From NCBI GenBank assembly GCA_965287045.1, contig OZ336886.1:23560001-23624000 (forward strand): DNA of 64,000 nucleotides, in the 5' to 3' direction. Shown here one piece after another: positions 27,183-39,237 of this stretch. The notes beneath the pieces were generated by a model, which worked only from the letters and a program-made list of their open reading frames with translations, made no database searches and had not been told where the DNA came from. Within the stretch, counting starts at the first letter, position 1. Every line of letters begins with the position of its first letter. The position numbers and the translations under genes were made by a program. This stretch comes from Carcharhinus amblyrhynchos (Eukaryota).

Positions 27183-29515
27183 GTCATAGACATACGCAGC
27201 ACAGAACAGGCCTGTTCCAACTCATTCATGCCGACCAGTTTTCCTAAACTGAACTAGTCCCACTTGCCTGCATTTGGCCCATATCCCTCTAAACCTTTCC
27301 TATCCATGCAGCTGTCCAACTGCATTTTAGATGCTGTAATTGTATCTGCCTTTCCCTGTGTGAAAAAATTGTTCCTCAGGTCCTTTTAAATTTTTCCCTT
27401 CTCACCTTAAACTTATGCCCTCTAGTTTTGGACTTCCCTACTCGGGGGAAAAGACCATGGCTATTCATCTCATCTATGCCCCTCATGAGTTTATAAACAT
27501 CTATAAGGTTACCCCTCATCCTCCTACACTCCAGGGGAAAGAAGTCCCAGCCTATCAAGCCTCTCATTATTCAAACCTTCCAGTTCTGGTAACATTCCTA
27601 TAAATCCTTTTTTTGCATCCTTTCCAGTTTAATAACTTCCTTCCTTTAGTAGGGTGAGCAGAACTATAGGCAGTACTCCAAATGTGGCCTTACAATGTCT
27701 TGTGCAGTTATAACATAACATCCCAACTCCTGTACTCAATGTTCTGACTGACGAAGGCAAGTGTGCGAAAAGCCTTCTTCACCATCCTGTCTATCTGTCC
27801 CATCACTTTCAAAGAACTATGTACCTGCACCTCTAGATCTCCCTGTTTGACAACACTCCCTGGGCCCTACCATTAGCTGTTCAAGTCCTGCCCTGGTTTG
27901 TTTTACAAAAATGCAACACCTCGCATTTATCTGAATTAAACTTCATTTGCCACACCTTGGCCCATTGACCCAGTTGATCAAGATCCTATGGAAATTTTAG
28001 ATAACGTTCTTCACTGTCCACTGCACCACGAATTTTGGCGTTATCCTCAAACTTACTAAATATGCCTCCTAGATTCTCATGCAAATTGTTTCTATAAATG
28101 ACAAACAACAGTGGGCCCAGTACCAATCCCTATGGCACACTGCTGGTCACTGGCCTCCAGTCTGAAAAGCAACTTTCTGCCACTCTCTCTCTCCGACCAG
28201 CAAGCCAATTTTGTATCCAATTAGTTAGTTCTCCTTGGATCCCATGTGATCTAACCTTACTGACCAGTCTAACATGTGGTACCTTGTCAAAGGCCTTGTT
28301 AAAAAGTCCATGTAAACAACACCTATTTTCTTAGTCACCCCTTCAAAAACCTCTATCAAATTTGTAAGATACAACTTCTCATGCACAAAGCCGCGCTGAC
28401 TATCTCTCATCGGTCCTTGCCTTTCCAAATGCACGCAGATCCTGTTTCTCAGAATCCCCTCCAACAACTTACCCACCACTGATGTTAGGCTCACTGGTCT
28501 GTAGTTCCTTGGCTTTTCCCGGCCACCTTTTTTAAGTAACAGCACAACATTTGCCTCCCTCCAGTCTTCTGGCACTTCACACGTGGCTATCAATGATACA
28601 AATATCACTGCTCGGGACCCCACAATTTCTTCTCTGGCTTCCCACAACGTCCTGGGATACACTTGATCAGGTCCTAGAGATTTGTCTACCTTTATGCATT
28701 TTAAGACCTCTGGCACCTCCTCTTCTGTAACATGGATGCTTTTCACGACACCACTATTTACTTCCCTGAGTTCCCTAGTTTCCATGTCTTTCTCTATGGT
28801 AAACACTGACCAAAATATTCATTTAGGATCTCAGCCATCTCCTGTGCCTCCAAACATAGATGACCTGGTTGATCTTTAAGGGGCCCTATTCTCTCCCTTG
28901 TTATTTTGCCATTAATATACTTGGAAAATCTCTGGATTATCTTATGCCTTTTCTGCCAAAGCTATCTCATGTCCCCTTTTTGCCCTTCTTATTTCTCTTC
29001 CAAGTGTACTCTTATACCCCCTATACTCCTCAAGGGATTCACTTTATCCCAGCTGCCTATACCTGACATATGCTTCCTTCTTTTTATTGGCCAGAGCCTC
29101 AATATCTCTAGTCACCGGTGTTCTCTACTCTTGCCAGCCTTGCTCTTCACATACTGGCCCTAAACTCTTGTTATCTAGCTTTTGAAAGGCTCCCACTTGC
29201 CAGACATTCCTTTACCTGTGAATAGTCTCCTCCAATCAACTTTTGAAAGTTCCTGTCTAATACCATCAAAATTGGCCTTGCCACAATTTAGAAGTTTAAC
29301 CTGAAGACCAGATCCTTCCTTTTCCATCACTATTTTAAAACTAATAGAATTATGGTCACTGGTCCCAAAGTGCTCCCCCATTAACACTTCAGTCACTTGC
29401 CCTGTATTCAGTTCCAAGAGGAGGTCAAGTTTTGCCTCTTTTCTAGTAGAGCCATCTATATTTTGATTAAGAGTTTTTTCCTCAACACGCTTAACAAATT
29501 CCTACCCATCCAAGC
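27183..29515 (-). mobile_element. CR1/HER1 LINE ORF2 remnant (APE end, RT, C-terminus)
   Basis: ORFs 29175-29417 (GEHFGTSDHNSI), 28225-28806 (VDKSLGPD...NYRPVSLTSVVGKLLE) and 27376-27567 (SKTRGHKFKV). Confidence 0.92.
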
Positions 29516-30293
29516 ACCAGTTATATCTTAAAATCAGCATTAATTTGGGGCAAAAATGGTAAAACACATGGCAACTGTCTTATTTTTCCCAATAGAAATC
29601 TTGGCAAAATGTGATGGCTTCGTCAAAAAACTCTATATTCTCACTATTTGGAGAATTAATATGTTTTATAAATTTTGGCTGCAGTTCTTTTAGTCAAATC
29701 CAATAAAAAGCAAGCTAAGTCATGCAACATAAAACAGATTTTAGAACTGCCTATTAAGTTGGACCTAGTGGGCCAATGTCCTTCATGCTTTCAAGGACAG
29801 AACAAAATGAAAACCAGTTATTCTGTAGTTTCAGAATTACCACAAGGTTTAGTGATAATGAAGAAACACCAAAGAGAAGTTTGAACTGACTGTAACTTGA
29901 TAATTCCTGGTGTAAGAATTAAATAATTTCTGTAATCTGTCTTAAATAGTACATTATGGTGAACACTCTTTCACCATACCAGTACCTTGTTACTACTTAC
30001 TATCCATGTAATGTAGTGTGACTGCAAACGTCTGTTCTACATCTTCTGGCAGAATGATCCAAAATACATCAAGAGAGTTTGAATTTGCTAATTGTAAGAG
30101 AGAACGTAGACTTACGTTAACAACTCCTGACGCAACAACACTTTTAAAATTCTCAAGTGCAGAAGAGGTTTACCAGGATACTGCCTGGATTAGAGGGTAT
30201 GAGCTATAAGGAGAGGCTGGACAAACCAGGGTTGTTTTCTCTGGAGTGGCGGAGGCTGAGAGGAGACCTGATAGAAGTCTAGAAAAATTATGA

Positions 30294-30384
30294 TGTGGAC
30301 TCACCTGATGAAGGGGCAGCGCTCTGAAAGCTTGTGATACCAAATAAACCTTTTGGACTTTACCCTGGTGTTGTGAGAATCTCA
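30294..30384 (+). mobile_element. 91-bp Penelope-like hammerhead mini-insertion with 15-bp TSD
   Basis: Flanked by perfect ctagaaaaattatga at 30279-30293 and 30385-30399. Confidence 0.85.
30301..30337 (+). ncRNA. Minimal type-I hammerhead ribozyme (Penelope type)
   Basis: Stem I TCAC/GTGA; CTGATGA 30305-11; stem II GGGGC-agc-GCTCT; GAAA 30326-29; palindromic AGCT stem III; predicted cleavage after 30333. Confidence 0.7.
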
Positions 30385-30834
30385 CTAGAAAAATTATGAG
30401 AGATATGGTTGATAGTCAGAATCTTTTTGTCAAAATTGAAATGTCTAATACTAGGGGCATGCACATAAGGCGAGAAAAGGAAATTTCAAAGGACATGTGC
30501 GGGGCAAGTTTTTTTACACTGAGTGGAAAGTGCCTGGAACGCGCTGCTAGAGGTCGTGGCACAGGGAGATATGATGGGGCATTTAGGGAGCTTTTAGATA
30601 AGCACATGAATATGCATCAAATATTGAGAAATGGACCAAGGGCAGGCAGAAGGGAGTAACTTAATTTGGCGCCATGTTCGGCACATTATGGGCTGAAGGG
30701 CCTATTCCTGAGCTGTACTGTTCTAGATTCTTTTCAACTACCTTCATGGACTCGCTCTCCCTAAACCTGTAGCTTTCTCCAGTCCTGTAATCCTACTTTT
30801 CCCCCATCATTGATACTAACTGTTTCAACTCTCC

Positions 30835-30876
30835 AGTCTAGAAAAATTATGATGTGGACTCACCTGATGAAGGGGC
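30835..30876 (+). repeat. Exact 42-bp copy of 30276-30317
   Basis: agtctagaaaaattatgatgtggactcacctgatgaaggggc at both sites. Confidence 0.9.
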
Positions 30877-31264
30877 TCCAAGGTTGGTAAGTGTTTTTTC
30901 TCTAAACCGCTCCACCTTCTGTTTTAAGATGTTACTTAACAATCTATTTGACCAAGCTATCAATCAACTAACTACGATCTCCTCCTTTTGGCTCAGAGAT
31001 TTTTATTTGATTCTACTCTAGGGGTGTTTTACTATATTAAAGGAAATAATGCAAGTTGTTGCAATAAAAGGTTGTGGGACGTAGATGGAAAAGGATAATA
31101 AACATCTTGCTCATGACTCTGCTACATAAATACACCATACTCTAGCAGAGAACACATACTGCTTTAACAAATGAGATATCATGCATTCCTATTCCTGATT
31201 ATAATATTATCATGCTCCTGACTAAGCTGCAGGCATAGAAATAATATTGGTTGTTTTGAATTGA

Positions 31265-31935
31265 TTTGTTAAGTGTATTAGCAGATAGTGAAAAGTATTG
31301 CTTTTGTGCATGATACGGACAAAGCATGCCTTTCATACAGAAGGAAAAGGATTGGGTGCAGAATGTAGTGTTACAGTCATAGCTAGGGTGTAGAGAAAGA
31401 TCAACTTAATGCGAGGTAGGTCCATTCAAAGGGCTGATGGCAGTTGTTCTTGAGTCGGTTGGTACATCACCTCAGACTTTTGTATCTTTTTCTGATGGAA
31501 GAAGGTGGAGTGTATCTGGAGTGAGTGGGTCCTTAATTATGCTGGCTGCTTTTCTGAGGTACCAGGAAGTGTAGACAGAGTCAATGGATAGTTTGTATGA
31601 TGGACTGGGCTTCATTCATGACCCTTTGTAATTTCTTGTGGTCTTGGGCAGAGCAGGAGCCATACCAAGCTATGGTACTACCAGAAAGAATGCTTTCTAT
31701 GGTGCACCTGTAAAAGTTGGTGAGGGACATAGTTGACGTGCCAAATTTTTTTAGTTTCCTGAGAAAGTAGAGGCCTTGGTGGGCTTTCTTAACTATAGTG
31801 TCACATGGAGGGACCAGGACAGGTTGTTGGTGATCTGGACACCTAGGAACTTAAAGCCTTCGGTCATTTCCGCTTCATCTCCGTTGATGTAGACAGGGGC
31901 ATGTCCTTCACTATGTATCCTGAAGTCGATGACTA
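31265..31935 (-). mobile_element. Rex1/Babar-like LINE fragment
   Basis: HAPVYINGDEAEMTEGFKFLGVQITNNLSWSLH in ORF 31793-32134; same 3' end as the other two copies. Confidence 0.85.
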
Positions 31936-32333
31936 TTTCTGATGAGCACTGAGGGAGATTATTCAGCCCATCGTACCTGTGGCAAGTCATTGAAACAGCT
32001 ATCCATTTACAGTTATCAAGTACGGAAAAGGCCGTTCGGTTCATTGAGTCTATACTGACAAAACCATACTCATTTCCCTCCCCAGCACTTGCCCCACATA
32101 CTTGAATGTTATAACATTTTAAGTGCTCGCCCACATACTTTTTAAAGGTTGTGAAGTTTCCTGCCTTTACTATGTTCCCAGGCAGTGCAATCTCAGACTC
32201 TTACCACCATCTAGGTGAAAAGATTTTTCCTCAAATCCCCTTTAAATCTCCTTTAAATCTCCTTACCGTCATTCTAAAATTACGCTCCCTTGCTATTGAC
32301 CATTCAACTAAAGGCAACAGTACTTCCCATCTA

Positions 32334-32538
32334 AAAAAATGCTGGTAAATCTCAGCAGGTCTGACAGCATCTATGGAGAGAGAATAGAGTCAACACTTTG
32401 AGTCAGGATGACCCTTCATCACCCAAACTCAAATGTTGACTCTGTTCTCTCTCCACAGATGCTGTCAGACCTGCTGAGATTTACCACCATTTTCTGCTTT
32501 TGTTTTGGATTCCAGCATCTGCAATATTTTGCTTTTAT
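32334..32538. mobile_element. Penelope-like family B inverted terminal-repeat pair
   Basis: 32334-32403 is close to the reverse complement of 32427-32495; hammerhead-like tgatgaagggtcatcctgactc on the minus strand at the junction. Confidence 0.75.
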
Positions 32539-32622
32539 TTTGTTTCCTATTGACACTCCTCATAATTTTATACACCTCAATCAGGTCGCCCCCCCCTCAG
32601 CCTTCTCTGCTCTAAAGAAAAC

Positions 32623-32740
32623 ACAGTAAGAAGTCTCACAACACCAGATTAAAGTCCAACAGGTTTATCTGGTAGTACAAACTTTCAGAGTGTTGCCCCT
32701 TCTTCAGGTGCTTACTCAGTCCAACACCGGCATCTCCACA
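32623..32740. mobile_element. 118-bp Penelope-like family A insertion, internally inverted, with 12-bp TSD
   Basis: TSD tctaaagaaaac at 32611-22 and 32741-52; ~32623-32710 minus orientation, ~32708-32740 plus orientation. Confidence 0.85.
32676..32710 (-). ncRNA. Minimal hammerhead ribozyme, degenerate
   Basis: Minus strand cac-CTGAAGA-a-GGGGC-aac-ACTCT-GAAA-gt-TT-gta. Confidence 0.55.
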
Positions 32741-33250
32741 TCTAAAGAAAACTAGAGACTATCCAACCTCTTTTTTTTTTAATCAAATGCTCCATCCCGG
32801 ACAACATCCTGGTAAATCTCCTCTGGACCCACTCCAGTGCAATCTTGTCCTTCCGCCAGTGAGGCATCAAAACCGCATGTAGTACTCAAACTGTGGTTTA
32901 ATTTGTACAGCTCCAAGATAACCCTACTCTTTAAAATCAATGCCACGACTGATAAAGGAAAGTCCCATTTGCCTTCTTAACTACCCTATTAACCTGTCCT
33001 ACCACCTTCAGGGATCTATGGACAAGCACTCCAGATTCCCCTGTTCCTCTGAGCTTCCTAGTGTCCAGCCATTCATTGAGTGCTCCCTTGTCTTGTTACT
33101 CCTTCCAAAATGTATCAGCTCACTCACAGAGTTAACTTCCATCTTCTACTTATCTTCCTACCTGATCAACCAGTCTGTGTGTTCCTGCAACCTAAGGCCT
33201 TCTTCCTCACTATTAAATCACCTTGCCAATCTTATGTCAATTGCAAACAA

Positions 33251-33362
33251 AGGCAGCACGATGGTTTAAGAGGCACCAGACCACGGCAACAAGGGGATTT
33301 TCACAGTAACTTCACTGCAGTATTAATATAAGCCTATTTGTGATACTAATGAATAAACTCTA
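33251..33362 (+). mobile_element. Internally deleted SINE (head start fused to L2-like tail)
   Basis: ggcagcacgatgg joined to ggggattttcacagtaacttcactgcagtattaatataagcctatttgtgatactaatgaataaact. Confidence 0.6.
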
Positions 33363-34729
33363 AATTTATTTATCATTTCTTCCACACCCCCCACCCCCCC
33401 TCCCCCCCCGGCCACCCAACGTTCTTATCTCCATTGTTTATATGTCATGAACAATAAGGGACCACGCACTGATCCCTATGGTATGTGGACACTGGCCTCT
33501 AGTCACACAAACAGTTTCTACCACCGCCCTCTGCCACCTAACACTGTGCCAGTTTTGGATCCAACTTGCCAAATTACCCTGGCTCCCACGTACTTTTACC
33601 TTCTTCAACAGTCTCCCACTGTGGGACCTTGTCAAAGGCTTTGCTCAAATCCATATAGACGACATCAGTTGCACACACTTGATTAGCTCCTTGAATAATT
33701 TATTCAAATTTGTTAGGCATGACCTCTCTGACAAAACCATGCTGACTATCCTATGACTTGCTTTTCCAAGTGGAGATTAATTCTCTCCTTCAGAATTTTC
33801 TCCTATGGTTTCCTCACCACTGGTGTGAGACTCATCAATTTGTAATTTCCTGGTTTATCTCTACCACCCTTCTTGAAACATGGAACCACATTTGCTGTTC
33901 TCCAATTCTCTGGCACGTCCCCTGTGGCTGTAAAAGAATTAAATATTTGGGGTAGAGCCCCTGTAATTTCCTCCCTTGCCTCCCACAGCAGCCTGGGATG
34001 CAACCCATCTAGACTTGGGGATTTGTCCACTTTTAAGCATACCAAAACCCCCAATACCTCCTCATTCCCAATGTCAAACTGTTCAAGAAGCTCAGTCACC
34101 TCTCCCTCAATTCTGTGCCTACATCCTTCTCCTCCCCCTGAGTGAAGAGAGAGGTGAAATACTTGTTAACACCCTACCAATGTCCTCCAGCTCCATGCAC
34201 AGATTGCCCCTTTGGTCCCTAATGGGCCCTACTCTTTCTCTGGTTATTCTCTGCCCCTTGATATACTTATAGAATATCTTGGGATTGTCCTTAATCTTAC
34301 CTCCAGTGCTTTTTCTTGCCCCCTTTTTGCTCTTCTAATTGCTTTTTTATGTTCCTCCCTGCTCTATATTCCACCACTGATTTGCTCCCTTTGTATCTGC
34401 TAACAGCCTCTTCTTCCTTATTCAGTCCTGAATATTCCTAAGCATCCAGCGTTCTCTGCTTGATGCTCCTACATTTCACCCTAAAGGGAACATGTTCAGC
34501 ATGTACTCTCCCCATTTCCTTTCTGAATGCCCTCCCTCATTGCTCTGCTATAGATTTTCTCACAAGAAGCTGTTCCTTGTCTACATTAGTCAGGTTCTGC
34601 CTTATTCTAATAAAATCTGCCTTCCCTCAATCCAAAACCATTTTTGCAGACCATTCTTTTCCGTAACAAACTTAAAGCGTACTGTGTTATGGTCGCTATC
34701 ACTAAAGTGTTGTTCCATTGCCGTTTAGT

Positions 34730-35068
34730 TCGTAGAATCTCTACGATGCAGGTGGTCGTTCAACCATCAAATCTGCACCAACTCTCCAAAAGAGTCCTTA
34801 CTCACGCCATATCCCCATAACCTCAAGATTTACCTCAATTTATTCCCCTAACCTATACATCTTGGGACACTAAAGGACAATTTAACACGGCCAATACACC
34901 TAAACTGCACATCTTTGGACTGTGGGAGGAAACTTGAGCACCTGGAGGAAACCCACACAGACATGGGGAGAACGTGCAAACTCCACACAGACAGTAACCC
35001 AAGGCTGGAACTGAATCTAGGTCCCTAGTGATATGACTTTGCTAACCACTGTGCCACCATGCCACCAC
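34730..35068 (-). mobile_element. HE1-type V-SINE
   Basis: tttggactgtgggaggaaac...gctaaccactgtgccaccatgcc. Confidence 0.88.
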
Positions 35069-35089
35069 TATCCTTCCCCATAGCTTTGC

Positions 35090-36100
35090 AAATATAGAGA
35101 CAACAGTCTGAGACAGCATTAATTGTCACATGGGAAAATACAGGTTAATAAATGAACTCCAGCATGGATTTGTAAGACGAATAGTGTTCAGTGAATTTTA
35201 TAGAGTTCTTTGATGAAGTAACGGAGTGAATTGTTGAGGGTAGTGTGGTTGCTGTTGCAGATATGGATTTGCAAAATGTGTTTATCAAGTACCACATAAT
35301 TGATGACTTAGTAAGACTGAAACCCAAGGGATCAAAGGCGTAATGGCTGCATGGATACAGAACTGAGGCAGAGGAACCAAATAGCATGGTAAATGTTTGC
35401 TTTTCTCACTGGAGGGAAATACATAGTGGTGACCTTGTGTCTGTGTTTGGGACCAGTTGTCTTATTGATGTATATGAATAAACTAGACTTGGGTGTACCA
35501 GTAATAATTTCAAAGTTTGCAGGTGATATGAAAGTCAGCAGATGTAGTAAACACTGAAGATGATGCTGATAGACTTCAGGAGGGTGTAGGCAGAATGGAG
35601 AAATGGGCAGACACCTGCCAGATGAAGTTTAACACACAACTGTGAAGTCATTCCTTTTGTATAAAAAAATAAGCAGAAGCAGTGTAAACAAAATGCTCCA
35701 ATTTTAAAGATGCTTAAGATACAGAGAGGTCTGGCTATCTAGCTAATCAGTCTTCAAAGTTTCAGAACAAGTTGGGAAGACTATTACAAAAGTCATGGAT
35801 TTCTGTCTCCATACCAGAAGCTCCAAACTCGAGTCCAACTCTAGAACTTGTTAGTCAAGGAAGGAACTTTCATAATATGGTTCAACAGGCTGAATATCAG
35901 CTCAGGAATCCTTCCACCCCTGCCCCACTATTCCCCAAACAGCAAAAACAGCGTGGGTGGGAAGGTAAACAACGAGATCTTTGGTTTTATAAATAGAGGC
36001 AGAGTATAAAAAGAAGGAAGTTATGCTAAACCAACTAGTCAGACCACAGCTGGAGTATTTTGGCCAATTGTGAACACCACGTTCTCAACAGGATGTCAAG
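35090..36100 (+). mobile_element. Old CR1 LINE RT fragment
   Basis: cagcatggatttgtaag, gagttctttgatgaagtaac and tttcaaagtttgcaggtgat (QHGF, EFFDEVT, SKFA.D). Confidence 0.7.
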
Positions 36101-36109
36101 ACCTTGTCT

Positions 36110-36343
36110 ATTATGTCATACTTTATCAAACGCACTTTTGAAAATCCATTTCCACAATAACAACCACATTATCCTCAACAATTCTCTCCATTACTTCATC
36201 AAAGAGCTCCATGAAATTCAGCAAACACACTTTGCCTTACAAATCCACATTGGGGTTCATTTATTGACTAATAGTTTTCCCACGTGACAATTAATTTGTC
36301 TCAGATTGTTGTCGCTATGTTCACAGGGCTACGGGGAAGGACA
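36110..36343 (-). repeat. Diverged inverted duplicate of 35070-35300 (CR1-derived)
   Basis: Reverse complement aacatagcgacaacaatctgagacaaattaattgtcacgtgggaaaa aligns with aatatagagacaacagtctgagacagcattaattgtcacatgggaaaa. Confidence 0.75.
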
Positions 36344-36469
36344 GGGGAGCTGAACTAAAAGGCAGTTCATGCCCAACACACCTAAACTTTTAAGTTTAAG
36401 TGAGCTTTTAAGTGACAGCAACCACAACACAGAGGAAGTGTAGAAGAATGCTACTGGGGATGCAAGCCT

Positions 36470-36760
36470 TAGAATCCCTATAGTGCAGAAGGAGGCCATT
36501 TGGCCAATGAGTTTGCAATGACAACAATCCCACCCAGGTCCCATTCCCCCCTCAAACTTCACGTATTTACCCGCTAATCTTCCTGACACCAAGGGGCAAC
36601 CCAGCACTGCCAATCCACCTAATCTACGCATCTTTGGGCTGTAGGAGGAAAGCAGAGCACTCAGGGAGAATGTGCAATCTCCACACCGACAGCCACCTGA
36701 GGCCGGAATTGAACTCAGATCCCTGGCGCTGTGAAGGAACAGTGCTAATCATTGTGCCAG
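36470..36760 (-). mobile_element. HE1-type V-SINE
   Basis: agaatccctatagtgcagaaggaggccatttggcc tail; ccctggcgctgtga head. Confidence 0.85.
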
Positions 36761-36799
36761 TCCTTTGGTTACACGGTCAAACTGGAAAAGCTGTGTTGG

Positions 36800-37125
36800 T
36801 TTCCTTGGGCTAGAGAAGGTAGAGGGCAAATTTGATCAGAGCGTTCAAAATCATGAAGTGTTTAGATAAAGTAACTCGGGGAAATTTATTTCCAGTGGCA
36901 AAAGTATCAGTGAAAGGTAATTGGCAAAAGAACCAAAGGTGATGTGAGGGAGGAAAAAGAAACTTATACAGAGAACATTGTTGTGATCTAAAATGCACTG
37001 CCTGAAAGAGTGGTGGAAACAGTTTCAGAACGAACTTTCCAAAGAAAATTGGATGAACACTTGGAGGAAAAATTCAGGGTTATGAGCAAAGTGCAGATGA
37101 ATGGGACTGACTGTATCATTCTAAA
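36800..37125 (+). mobile_element. CR1 3' fragment
   Basis: agggcaaatttgatcagagcgttcaaaatcatgaag; aatgcactgcctgaaagagtggtgga (NALPERVV). Confidence 0.65.
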
Positions 37126-37651
37126 GTGATGAATTGAAAAGCTTCAGCAGCACACTTGCTGCAGTTGAACTATCTATGGAATGCAGCACAGCAACTAACC
37201 GAGTTTGCTTCCTTAGCCCTGCAAACTCTACCATCAAGGACAAGGGGAAAAAAGCACAGGGGAGCATCCTCACCTCCAAGGCAAGAACGATCCAAACTGG
37301 TACATATATCACTATTCACACACTGAATTCCCTCACCAAATCACCAAAAAAGTACCTCTTGCAGTTCAAGAAGAGGCCCCTGCACCAACTTTGAAGATAC
37401 GTGGGGGAAGGGTGACAATTGCAGGAGAGAAATATACTTACATCAGTTGATTACAGATTTGTCTGCATATACCTTGCTGTTTTATTTTCTATAACAAGGT
37501 TATGCAGATATACCAGATCTCAATTATTCATTCAAGCTCCGAGCACAGCTATTATCACAGATAGCCATCAAACTACCACACGATAGACTACTATGGTAAT
37601 GTCATTTACAACACAATTGCCTAAACATCAAAAACTTAAAATGATTAACTC

Positions 37652-37928
37652 TGTTGTATAGGGAATGGTACATAAAGTGTTAGTGTGGGACTGCGTACAG
37701 TACCACTCGCACAGTAATGTAACTGAACACATGACCAGGACGTAGGGGGCCAGTGTAGAGTTGGACTTTGCTGTATGTTGAAAAAAGCAAGGAGACAGCT
37801 CCTATCTTGGACTTTTTTCTGTACCCAACATACAGTTTTTAATAGTTAATAAATACTTACTGTTGAACTACCTAAGACTACAAATGCCTTATTAAGATCT
37901 ACCGGACTACATCCAACATCATACAGCA
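37652..37928 (+). mobile_element. Candidate solo LTR
   Basis: Starts TGTTGTAT, ends ATACAGCA (1 mismatch to a perfect inverted terminus); internal AATAAA ~37848; flanks aactc/aactt form a near-TSD. Confidence 0.45.
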
Positions 37929-38964
37929 AACTTCGACTAATATTCTTAGCTCCAAATGCTGGCTGTTTCTCTTTCTCCACTTCTCCCCTAATTTTCCCTT
38001 CTCATACAGATTAGATTAGCACCCATCATAAGCACTCTATGTCATCATTGATTCTAACATTGCTATTCTTTCCAACAGTATCTGAAGTACCGGATAATTA
38101 AAATTTTCTTCTGCTCAACATCAACAAAGTGTAAGCTATCTTTTTCCAATCCTGTCAGCATCTACCCCATCAACCTCCTTGACTGTGGTCTCAGACTGAA
38201 TTAGGCACTACTGACCTCAGTGTCCTTCTCAACTCTTGAGGCAAATCTGTTTCCTGCACCCAATCAGTTGCCAAGACTGTATTCTCCCAATTCTGGAATA
38301 TTATTTGCCTAGACCTGTATCTTTCATTCCTGCTGCTGAAACCTTCATTACTTTACAGATTGAATTATTAAAAATGGTTTTCTGGGAAGAATTTCAGGCC
38401 CATTCGCCACCAGCACAAATTCCAATATGGCTACACACTCTCAGGAGAGTGCTATAATGGGATTTGCATCAAGAAGATCTCAGATTGAAATCATCCCTGC
38501 CCCCGATGATGAAATCAATATCACGCCCACTGAAGGCACGAACCTGATTACCATCAATTTGAATAGATTTCGATATTCTTAGATGGCGTAATGCTTTTGC
38601 GTCCAGGTGCATCAGATATTCTTCACCTTCCTATCCCCGCCAGCATGATGTGATGCCAGTAGAAATCACTACTAGCTGAGATAACCACGCCAGGGGCACA
38701 GAGGCCAGTGTAGCCCTCAAGTGGTCAGAGACATGGTGGGGCCATATCCTAGCACTGCCTCCTGGTACTGCCAATGGGTGTGGTCTGTGGGTGCAGCTTC
38801 TGGGGCACCTCGTTTGGGGCTTTCCATTATGTTGGGGAGGTGGTGACAGTGGAGGGGGTTCGGGGGGATGAAATTATGTTGGCATTGCGGGGGTGGCTGG
38901 AAAGGGGTTTAGGTACCTTGATGCATTTGATGATGGAGGAGGGGTGAATCATTCATTTACTGTT

Positions 38965-38983
38965 GGGGGGGGGGGGGGGGGGG
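38965..38983 (+). repeat. Poly-G homopolymer
   Basis: About 19 consecutive G. Confidence 0.85.
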
Positions 38984-39237
38984 AGGTCGCTCTTCTGTGG
39001 TCGAGGGTTGGAGGGGCTTCCCCTTGTTTGAAGGGGGTCTCTATGTCCTTCAGAGAGGGGATGGGATTGGTGAGGGGTAATTTAACTTTAGTTTGAAATT
39101 GGGGCACCTTTCTCTGTTGAGCTGACCTTACCAGTGTCTTTTAGGTCGCATCCCTCAAGAATGACGGTACAAAACACACCTCCTCTGCTTTTTTTTTTGA
39201 CAAAGTGTCAGAAGATCTGAGGCAAAAAACTGGTTGT

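Larger units (their letters stand above)
30157..30732 (+). mobile_element. CR1 LINE 3' fragment
   Basis: aggctgagaggagacctgatagaagtct (RLRGDLIEV); 3' UTR gggctgaagggcctattcctgagctgtactgttcta. Confidence 0.85.
32020..34725 (-). mobile_element. CR1 LINE remnant with three nested insertions
   Basis: ORF 33803-34099 LKVDKSPSLDGLHPRLLWE...WRTANVVPCFKKGGRDKPGNY; SDH-like region near 34690. Confidence 0.88.
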
